Below the pieces are notes generated by a model, which had not been told where the DNA came from, searched no databases, and saw only the letters and a list, made by a program, of their open reading frames with translations. This document shows, one piece after another, positions 26,518 through 32,000 of a DNA stretch of 32,000 nt (the first letter of the stretch is position 1; each line of letters starts with the position of its first letter). The position numbers and the translations under genes are program-made. Source of the stretch: an uncultured Erysipelotrichaceae bacterium (GTDB lineage Bacteria; Bacillota_I; Bacilli_A; Erysipelotrichales; Erysipelotrichaceae); the NCBI GenBank assembly GCA_964457525.1, contig CAYWGS010000003.1, positions 1 to 32,000 on the forward strand, in the 5' to 3' direction.

Positions 26518-27404
26518 AACTGTTCGACCTTCATCTTTCCAATTAAATATGCTCCATATAGCGGTGGATATGAAATGGGTTGTATATCCAAATCACTCGG
26601 CAATAATTCTTTAAGTGGTTTCAGTATCACATCTCCAGATTCAAACACACCCCCTGATAAACGGACTGTTTTCAACTCAGGATTACGTTTAATACTTGTT
26701 TCAATTAACTCTGCTAATTCATGTGCAGCTTGTTTAAAGATATGTATTGCGTGTTTATCACCTTTTGTAGAAGCGATATAACAAACTCTCGCAAGTGATG
26801 CGATCGCTTCTTTAGGACGTGGATGTTCACTTAAAATTTTGATAAGTTCACTCTCATCACTTAAGACTAAACTATCCATAACACAATCATATAATGCAGA
26901 TTTCTTTAATCGACCATCCGCCATTTTACTAAATACACTTAATACTTGTTTACCAATCCAGAATGCGGAACCTTCATCCCCAATCCAATAACCCCAACCA
27001 CCTACACGACTTCTTTGTCCTTTGTATTGGCTAAGTGCAATGGATCCTGTGCCAGAAATAATCATAACTCCATCACTTCCTTTTAAAGCAGACATCAATG
27101 CACAATCCACATCACTCTGAATGGAGTATTTCTCTGTTGGAAATTTACGTTTAATCGCATTTTCGATGGATTTACGAATCTTGGGATTCATTCCATAACC
27201 CGCTAATCCAAAACTAATAAAATCTACTTTTTCATTTTCACATAAGGAATCTACACCAAAACGTAAGGCTTGCGCCATCTTTGTGTAGCCTACTTGTAGA
27301 GGATGAAGCGATGGATGTTCAACACTCTTTAACATCACACCATTTTCATCATATAAGGCAAAACGAGCCTTAGTACCACCTGCATCAATTGCGATTATTT
27401 TCAT
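26514..27404 (-). CDS. BadF/BadG/BcrA/BcrD-type ATPase (N-acetylglucosamine/amino-sugar kinase-like)
   Basis: MKIIAIDAGGTKARF (ASKHA phosphate-1 motif) and ISGTGS. ATG 27404 is preceded by AGGTGA (27410-27415). The ORF-track GTG 27413 lies inside that SD. Confidence 0.8.
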   Translation of the reverse strand: MKIIAIDAGGTKARFALYDENGVMLKSVEHPSLHPLQVGYTKMAQALRFGVDSLCENEKVDFISFGLAGYGMNPKIRKSIENAIKRKFPTEKYSIQSDVDCALMSALKGSDGVMIISGTGSIALSQYKGQRSRVGGWGYWIGDEGSAFWIGKQVLSVFSKMADGRLKKSALYDCVMDSLVLSDESELIKILSEHPRPKEAIASLARVCYIASTKGDKHAIHIFKQAAHELAELIETSIKRNPELKTVRLSGGVFESGDVILKPLKELLPSDLDIQPISYPPLYGAYLIGKMKVEQL

Positions 27405-27440
27405 AGTTATCACCTATTTCTATTATAGACGAAAACTAAA

Positions 27441-27464
27441 TAAAAATGCCTGTTTCCAGACATT
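27441..27464 (-). terminator. Terminator of the DUF438 gene
   Basis: Minus strand: AATGTCTG-gaaa-CAGGCATT followed by TTTTATTT, immediately after the stop codon. Confidence 0.55.
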
Positions 27465-28637
27465 TTATGAAGCTAAACGTTTTTCACCTTCTAGACTACG
27501 AATCTCACTAATCTCTTGAGTTACTTCTAAACAACCTAAGTACTCACCCGCTTCATCTCTTACCGCATAATAACGGATGTATACAAATTGACCTCTAAAG
27601 TTAATCCAGAAATCTTCATGATCTTTTTTACCGGATCTTAAATCTTCCACAATCGCTTTAACAATATGAACACTTTGTGGTGGATGACATAAATGAACTG
27701 GTCTTCCAATAACAGATGCTGGACGATCAAAGATACGATGTTTGCCTTGTGATACAAATTTAACACGATCATTCGCATCTACAAAAGTCATATCTAAAGG
27801 TAATGTATTCATAATCGCATTCACTTCAGTTGTGGATAAGCGACCCATGGACATACGTACATCTCCATCTACCACTTCAGATTCTGACGAAGTTTGAACT
27901 TCTTCCTTACTTTGATAAATAGCATTCTCAGGATTCTCTAATGCTTGTGCAATCGCTTTAAAATCATTTTCACTTAACGTATCTCTGAGTAGTGGGAACA
28001 GAATCATATTCTCTTTGGTAATCATTTCTTTAACCATATCCACCATTTGATAGAATTTATCCATGATTAATGAAACATCATCACTACTGCTTAATGTAAT
28101 AAACGCATCTTTTAATTTCTCACGAATTTGATTGTCCACACCCCACATTACTTGCGGAATGGTTTCAATTCCATGTTTCTCTAAGAATGGAAAGAATACA
28201 TTCTCTTTCTTAGAATAGTGGGCATCAATCGATCTAAATTTTTCAATTAGATCCAGTAAATAGGGTTTCACTACACTTAATTTTAATTGTGTTTCTTGTT
28301 TAAACTTTAATGCTTTCTCAACTAATGTCGTATACTCATTATTCTCTTCTTCAAAGATGGATATTGGATTAATCGTCAATACATCTTGATGAAGTTCAGA
28401 TAATGAACCTTGGAATAGTGACGCATGCACATCACAAAGACTTTGAATTTCTTCTACACTGACTCCATCTTGTACTAAGTTATATTCCATCTGTGCAATT
28501 TCCGCCCCAGTCACATAGGCAAAATCTCGTTTAAATTCTGCTTCTACTTCACTTCGATCTTCACCTCGATGTAATCGTTGAATTAATTTTTTAAGTTGTT
28601 CCTGACGTTTACTAACGTTATCAATAATTTCGCTCAT
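27465..28637 (-). CDS. DUF438 / hemerythrin-like / PAS domain protein
   Basis: N-terminal DUF438-like helical region, hemerythrin-type H..KEN.FFP.LEKHG, and a C-terminal PAS-like region (..HLCHPPQSVHIV...YLGCLEVTQEISEIR). ATG 28637 sits behind GGAGG (28645-28649) and is preferred over the ORF-track GTG 28655. Confidence 0.75.
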   Translation of the reverse strand: MSEIIDNVSKRQEQLKKLIQRLHRGEDRSEVEAEFKRDFAYVTGAEIAQMEYNLVQDGVSVEEIQSLCDVHASLFQGSLSELHQDVLTINPISIFEEENNEYTTLVEKALKFKQETQLKLSVVKPYLLDLIEKFRSIDAHYSKKENVFFPFLEKHGIETIPQVMWGVDNQIREKLKDAFITLSSSDDVSLIMDKFYQMVDMVKEMITKENMILFPLLRDTLSENDFKAIAQALENPENAIYQSKEEVQTSSESEVVDGDVRMSMGRLSTTEVNAIMNTLPLDMTFVDANDRVKFVSQGKHRIFDRPASVIGRPVHLCHPPQSVHIVKAIVEDLRSGKKDHEDFWINFRGQFVYIRYYAVRDEAGEYLGCLEVTQEISEIRSLEGEKRLAS

Positions 28638-28675
28638 CTTAATACCTCCAAGCACATCATAACATAAATATAAAA

Positions 28676-28703
28676 ATAAAATGTGATGTACATCACATTT
28701 TAT
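28676..28703. promoter_or_regulatory. 28-bp perfect palindrome containing a consensus CRP-type box TGTGA-N6-TCACA
   Basis: ATAAAATGTGATGTACATCACATTTTAT, with TGTGA at 28682-28686 and TCACA at 28693-28697. It lies about 40 bp upstream of the expected DUF438 transcription start and overlaps the regulator's stop codon. Confidence 0.7.
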
Positions 28704-29370
28704 ACAATAATATTTCTCTTCTGGATTGAAGTTTAATCTTATTCTCTTTCTCCAACTGCTTTAACTTACGATTCACACTCTCACGACTCACTCCAAGACG
28801 CATCGCAATTTCATCTTGACTCAGTGGACAATTAAGCTTAATCCCATCTGCTTGCTTAACTCCATAATCCTGACTAAGTTGTTTGAGTAGATTCATCAAT
28901 CGAACTTCCAAACTCTCAATATATACCGTTGATAACTCATTCTCCAATTGATTTACACGATGATTTAATTCATTTAATATCGATAACGCTAAGTCTGGTT
29001 CGTTCTGAATCAAATCTTGCATGGTCCTATTATCAATCATACAGAGAGCACCTTCTGTAACTGCTTGGATTGTATAGGGTAGTTCTTTCTCTTTAAACAA
29101 GCTATCTTGTCCAAAGAAATCACCCGTCTTAAACAATTGAATTACCTTGGCTTTTCCTTCTGAAGTAACACTGACTGCTTTAAACTGACCACGACTAACA
29201 ATCACAAACTCTGAGATTTTATCCCCTTGGTTTAAAAAGATATCCCCAGGTTTAAATCCAATGCGATGGACATGCTTAATAATACGGCCCCGTTGGACAG
29301 CATTCAAATTACGAAAAAGACTGATTTGACTGATACAAATTGGTGCTTTACACGTTAGACAACTTTCCAT
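28693..29370 (-). CDS. Crp/Fnr-family transcriptional regulator with FNR-like cysteine set
   Basis: cNMP-binding-like beta-roll (GDIFLNQGD...) and C-terminal HTH SQDEIAMRLGVSRESVNRKLKQLE. Cysteines C4, C7, C12 plus C110. Confidence 0.9.
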   Translation of the reverse strand: MESCLTCKAPICISQISLFRNLNAVQRGRIIKHVHRIGFKPGDIFLNQGDKISEFVIVSRGQFKAVSVTSEGKAKVIQLFKTGDFFGQDSLFKEKELPYTIQAVTEGALCMIDNRTMQDLIQNEPDLALSILNELNHRVNQLENELSTVYIESLEVRLMNLLKQLSQDYGVKQADGIKLNCPLSQDEIAMRLGVSRESVNRKLKQLEKENKIKLQSRREILLYKM

Positions 29371-29841
29371 TTAGGCCCATTCCTTACACACATCTACCCA
29401 CTGTGTTGATTTTGATAGTTTTTCAAGTTCATTTAAGTTTAACTCAATAGCAGAAGAAGCACTTCCACACGCTGGATAAACTGTTTCAAAACGTTTGAGC
29501 GATTCATCCAAGACCACAACACAGTTCTCATTTACTGCGAAGGGACACACTCCCCCTATCGCATGACCGACTTTTTCCTCAGTCTCTTGATAGTCAAGCA
29601 TTCTTGCCTTTAAATTGAATTTGGACTTAAACTTACTATTATCTATTTTGGCATCTCCAGCCGTCACAATCAAGAGTGTTTGGTCAAAATAACGAAATGC
29701 GAGTGTCTTCGCAATTCGTTTGCCTTCTGTTTTTAATGCTTCAGCCGCAAGATCTACGGTTGCGCTAGATACATCAAATTCGATGATTCGATGTTCATAC
29801 CCTAATTCTCTAAAATATGTTCTTACTTGATCAATTGCCAT
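29371..29841 (-). CDS. ybaK: YbaK/EbsC-type aminoacyl-tRNA editing domain protein
   Basis: 156 aa with a ..IGGVCPF.. motif and YbaK-like length and pattern. Its stop directly abuts the regulator ATG (TAAATG). Confidence 0.8.
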   Translation of the reverse strand: MAIDQVRTYFRELGYEHRIIEFDVSSATVDLAAEALKTEGKRIAKTLAFRYFDQTLLIVTAGDAKIDNSKFKSKFNLKARMLDYQETEEKVGHAIGGVCPFAVNENCVVVLDESLKRFETVYPACGSASSAIELNLNELEKLSKSTQWVDVCKEWA

Positions 29842-29883
29842 AATTACCCACTCTTAAGCAATAATGTAACATGTTTCTTTAAA

Positions 29884-29908
29884 TAAAAAAAGAGTCAGTT
29901 CTGACTCT
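29884..29908 (-). terminator. Rho-independent terminator of hsp20
   Basis: Minus strand: AGAGTCA-gaac-TGACTCT followed by TTTTTTTATTT. Confidence 0.8.
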
Positions 29909-29910
29909 GT

Positions 29911-30315
29911 CTACTTAACTTCAATACGTTTCATGACTTCGGTTTCGCCTTTAATTGGTAATACAACCTTTAAGACACCTTCTTCAAACTTCGCATCGAT
30001 AAGATTGTGATCAATATTGTTAAAGCGAATTTGTCGAGTAAACATCGATTGACTTCTAGAACGATAGATATACTTCTTATTATCTTCTTTCTCTTCTTCA
30101 GTATGTTCCGCCTTGATGGTTAAGAGATCATTGTTAAAGGACATATTGATTTCTTCCTTCTTAAACCCAGGCAAGTCAACTTCGACAACATATTTATTAT
30201 CCTCTTGATATACATCAAGATGGGAGTTTGAACTGAAGCTAGGTAAGAAGAATTCATCATTAAAGAAGTCATCAAGAATTGAAGTAGTAGGACGTCTCAT
30301 TAAACTATTTCTCAT
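29911..30315 (-). CDS. Small heat-shock protein, Hsp20/alpha-crystallin family
   Basis: Alpha-crystallin domain DVYQEDNKYVVEVDLPGFKKEEINMSFNNDLLTIKAEH...GVLKVVLP. SD AGGAGG. Confidence 0.92.
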   Translation of the reverse strand: MRNSLMRRPTTSILDDFFNDEFFLPSFSSNSHLDVYQEDNKYVVEVDLPGFKKEEINMSFNNDLLTIKAEHTEEEKEDNKKYIYRSRSQSMFTRQIRFNNIDHNLIDAKFEEGVLKVVLPIKGETEVMKRIEVK

Positions 30316-30330
30316 ATTTTTTCCTCCTTT

Positions 30331-30357
30331 TTAGCACTCTCGATATCTAAGTGCTAA
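30331..30357. promoter_or_regulatory. CIRCE operator 1 (HrcA binding site) in the hsp20 leader
   Basis: TTAGCACTC-tcgatatct-AAGTGCTAA against the consensus TTAGCACTC-N9-GAGTGCTAA (1 mismatch). Confidence 0.85.
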
Positions 30358-30366
30358 TACATTATT

Positions 30367-30394
30367 ATAATATCATATTTTTTAGCACTGTCAA
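30367..30394 (-). promoter_or_regulatory. Candidate sigma-A promoter of hsp20
   Basis: Minus strand: TTGACA (30389-30394), 16-nt spacer, TGaTATTAT (-10 at 30367-30372). The -35 lies inside the spacer of CIRCE 2. Confidence 0.5.
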
Positions 30395-30408
30395 CACTTC
30401 AGTGCTAA
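30382..30408. promoter_or_regulatory. CIRCE operator 2 (HrcA binding site) overlapping the hsp20 -35
   Basis: TTAGCACTG-tcaacactt-CAGTGCTAA, a perfect 9-bp inverted repeat with N9 spacing. It differs from the consensus at one symmetric position. Confidence 0.8.
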
Positions 30409-30423
30409 ATTTGTTAGAAATCA

Positions 30424-30452
30424 TTGAACTATCTTGTGAATGGTGTTACTAT
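30424..30452 (+). promoter_or_regulatory. Candidate promoter of the HD-domain gene
   Basis: TTGAAC (30424-30429), 17-nt spacer, TGtTACTAT (-10 at 30447-30452). Confidence 0.45.
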
Positions 30453-30488
30453 CGACTCGTTTATGTCACTGACATCCAAAGGAGTTTC

Positions 30489-31028
30489 ATGAAAGCCGTA
30501 TTCTCTCCCTTACCGATCAATGAATCACATCCAATTACACAAGAATTTCTCAGTCATGTCGATGATTTAATTCATCATCCGACTGTCTTAACTCTAAATA
30601 ATTATTCTCAACACTTAAATACAAGTCGTTACCAACACTCATTGAATGTGGCTTATTATGCCCATTTAATCGCACGTTATTTCGATGTTAATCATAGAGA
30701 GTGTGTTCGTGGCGCATTCTTACATGATTTATTTCTTTATGATTGGAGAACAGAACAAACCACCCCAGGTAAACATGTAAATGTTCATCCAAGGGAGGCA
30801 CTCAAAAATGCTAAGATGATTACAGAAGTATCTTCAATCATGGAAGATACAATTGTGAATCATATGTGGCCACTCGGTGATGCACAACCACAAACAAAAG
30901 AAGCCTGGATTGTCCAAGCTTCCGATAAATTATGTGCTGTGATGGAAATTGTCCATCAAATTAAACTAAAGAGTTTCCATCATAACCTTGCAGGTTTGAT
31001 GTTAGGCTTAATCTTATTCTTACGATAG
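30489..31028 (+). CDS. HD-domain phosphohydrolase with C-terminal hydrophobic helix
   Basis: RYQHSLNVAYYAHLIA (His) and GAFLHDLFLYD (HD) motifs. ATG 30489 sits behind AAAGGAG (30478-30484). The ORF-track GTG 30351 would read through both CIRCE elements and is rejected. Confidence 0.8.
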   Translation: MKAVFSPLPINESHPITQEFLSHVDDLIHHPTVLTLNNYSQHLNTSRYQHSLNVAYYAHLIARYFDVNHRECVRGAFLHDLFLYDWRTEQTTPGKHVNVHPREALKNAKMITEVSSIMEDTIVNHMWPLGDAQPQTKEAWIVQASDKLCAVMEIVHQIKLKSFHHNLAGLMLGLILFLR

Positions 31029-31048
31029 ATGCTTAGGCATCTTTTTTT
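31027..31048 (+). terminator. Rho-independent terminator of the HD gene
   Basis: AGATGC-ttag-GCATCT followed by TTTTTTT. It overlaps the last codons of the convergent DUF1667 gene. Confidence 0.75.
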
Positions 31049-31398
31049 ATGGTACGAGACGCAATAATATCAATCCCAGACCCTAAGATGTTCTTCACAA
31101 TCACTTGATTCAATTCAATCGGTGCATGTACAACCAATTCATCTAATTCGTCTCTAATTCTAAAGATATCCTCTTTCTTAATTGCACTTGAACTTACAAC
31201 AGGGCAACGTGATAATTTAGATCCTATAACTTGAACCGTTGTGGTAAACATACGTCTAGGTTCCGTTACCTCTTGGACCGCGTATACTTCACCTCGTTTA
31301 CATTGATTTCCAGAACAGGTAAAGTTTCCTTCATCTTCTACGATTTGAATTAAACATCCCCTTGGGCATACAATACACGTTAGTTCTTGTTTTTTCAT
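31033..31398 (-). CDS. DUF1667 domain protein (Cys-rich partner of FAD-dependent oxidoreductases)
   Basis: CIVCPRGC...CSGNQCKRG is the characteristic DUF1667 N-terminus. 4-nt overlap with the upstream flavoprotein gene. Confidence 0.85.
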   Translation of the reverse strand: MKKQELTCIVCPRGCLIQIVEDEGNFTCSGNQCKRGEVYAVQEVTEPRRMFTTTVQVIGSKLSRCPVVSSSAIKKEDIFRIRDELDELVVHAPIELNQVIVKNILGSGIDIIASRTIKKDA

Positions 31399-32000
31399 GA
31401 TTCAATCTCCAAGTGTAAATCACCTTTTACTTTTTCTAAGAGACTTAAAGGTAGATTAATCATTTCCATCTCAGCTGGTAATATTTGAGTCTTAGGAAAT
31501 GACACAATCACTTCATTATTCGACTTAAGCACAACCCGAACATTCTTTAATGGTTTACGAACACGATACTTTAGTTTGATGGCTTGTTTCTTATGAATCT
31601 GTTGAGGAAGAACATAAATAAAGTTCGTATCACTTTCAACTTGAATCAAATCATTTTCTTTTGTCTCATGATTCAAATAACGAACAATGGATTCCCCAAC
31701 CTTATCCCCTTCTTCACTCACAAAATCCACTACATCATGAATGTGTAAACTATTACCACAAGCAAATATACCTGGAATCGATGTTTCATAATCTTGATTA
31801 ATCTTAGGTCCTTTAGTACGTGGATCCATCTCAATACCACAATTCTCTGTAATGATATTATCTGGAATTAATCCAACCGATAATAATACGGTATCCACAT
31901 CTACACTAAACTCTGTCCCAGCAATTGGATTTAGATTTTCATCAACTCGACTGAGTTCAATGGAAGATACACGACCATTCCCATGAATTCGTGTGATGGT
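31395..32000 (-). CDS. NAD(P)/FAD-dependent (pyridine nucleotide-disulfide type) oxidoreductase, 5' end outside the window
   Basis: My translation shows the frame stays open from 31898 to the window edge (TITRIHGNGRVSSIELSRVDENLNPIAGTEFSVDVDTVLLSVGLIPDN...). GIFACGN is the FAD-binding C-terminal motif. The ORF-track GTG start at 31898 is internal. Confidence 0.8.
   Translation of the reverse strand, partial: TITRIHGNGRVSSIELSRVDENLNPIAGTEFSVDVDTVLLSVGLIPDNIITENCGIEMDPRTKGPKINQDYETSIPGIFACGNSLHIHDVVDFVSEEGDKVGESIVRYLNHETKENDLIQVESDTNFIYVLPQQIHKKQAIKLKYRVRKPLKNVRVVLKSNNEVIVSFPKTQILPAEMEMINLPLSLLEKVKGDLHLEIES

Noticed and set aside
4420-26781. Short overlapping or antisense ORFs 4420-4602, 8235-8432, 9264-9536, 10088-10318, 13192-13401, 14376-14570, 15128-15373, 15705-15902, 17488-17682, 21533-21823, 24433-24669, 25562-25807 and 26575-26781
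   Set aside because: Each lies inside or opposite a well-supported gene (GntR, rlmA, kinase-like membrane protein, lplA, gcvT/PA/PB, HEPN-CBS, CBS-PPase, uppP, oxidoreductase, kinase). None has an SD or recognisable motifs, and their composition is typical of alternate-frame artefacts in AT-rich DNA.
28676-28703. The 28-bp palindrome as an IS/MITE terminal repeat or purely a terminator
   Set aside because: It is a single copy with no transposase or target duplication. The stem is AT-rich with no loop, which is atypical for a dedicated terminator. The core is an exact CRP-type box next to a CRP-helix regulator. A secondary terminator role is kept as a possibility in the findings.
30351-30488. 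ORF-track GTG start at 30351 for the HD-domain gene
   Set aside because: It would translate through both CIRCE operators and the hsp20 promoter. ATG 30489 has a good SD and its own upstream promoter.
1-32000. CRISPR arrays, tRNA/rRNA genes, prophage, integrase/transposase genes, and restriction-modification or classical defence-island signatures
   Set aside because: I found no spaced direct-repeat arrays, no long non-coding stretches (the largest intergenic regions are the ~225-nt riboswitch region and the ~170-nt CIRCE region), and no proteins with recombinase, phage or RM motifs. The window reads as core chromosome.

Overview
AT-rich (about one-third G+C by eye), densely packed chromosomal segment. 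It has the hallmarks of a low-GC Gram-positive (Bacillota) genome: AGGAGG-type Shine-Dalgarno sites, extended -10 promoters (TGnTATAAT), CIRCE/HrcA operators, a tandem glycine riboswitch and frequent ATGA stop/start overlaps. I call about 38 protein-coding genes, most of them housekeeping.

Gene content, in window order:
- A CNNM/CorC-type transporter (partial) and the CCA-adding enzyme.
- Four tandem HutC/GntR regulators followed by a small membrane protein.
- Tag, a U5 RNA methyltransferase, Exo III and RlmA.
- A polyprenol-kinase-like membrane protein and a small glutaredoxin-like protein.
- lplA-lpd, followed by a riboswitch-controlled gcvT-gcvH-gcvPA-gcvPB operon.
- An A24-like membrane protein.
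- A HAD phosphatase coupled to a HEPN-like/CBS protein, with a divergent Nudix gene.
- CBS-pyrophosphatase, oxidoreductases, GNAT plus a MazG-like protein, and UppP.
- A YgiD-type dioxygenase operon.
- A ybaK / FNR-CRP-like regulator / DUF438-hemerythrin-PAS cluster.
- A CIRCE-controlled hsp20, an HD hydrolase, DUF1667 and a partial flavoprotein.

I saw no rRNA, tRNA, CRISPR array, transposase, integrase or phage genes, so this looks like core genome rather than an accessory island.

Most unusual items:
1. The translationally coupled HAD + HEPN-like/CBS pair, a candidate ligand-gated RNase module.
2. The A-B-A-B array of four HutC regulators with no cognate catabolic genes.
3. A 28-bp perfect palindrome carrying a consensus CRP box at the 3' end of an FNR-cysteine / CRP-recognition-helix hybrid regulator.
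4. Three genes with identical leaderless-type geometry (TGnTAWAAT-N6-ATG).
5. Twin CIRCE operators bracketing the hsp20 promoter.

All family assignments come from motif recognition by eye. No database search was run.
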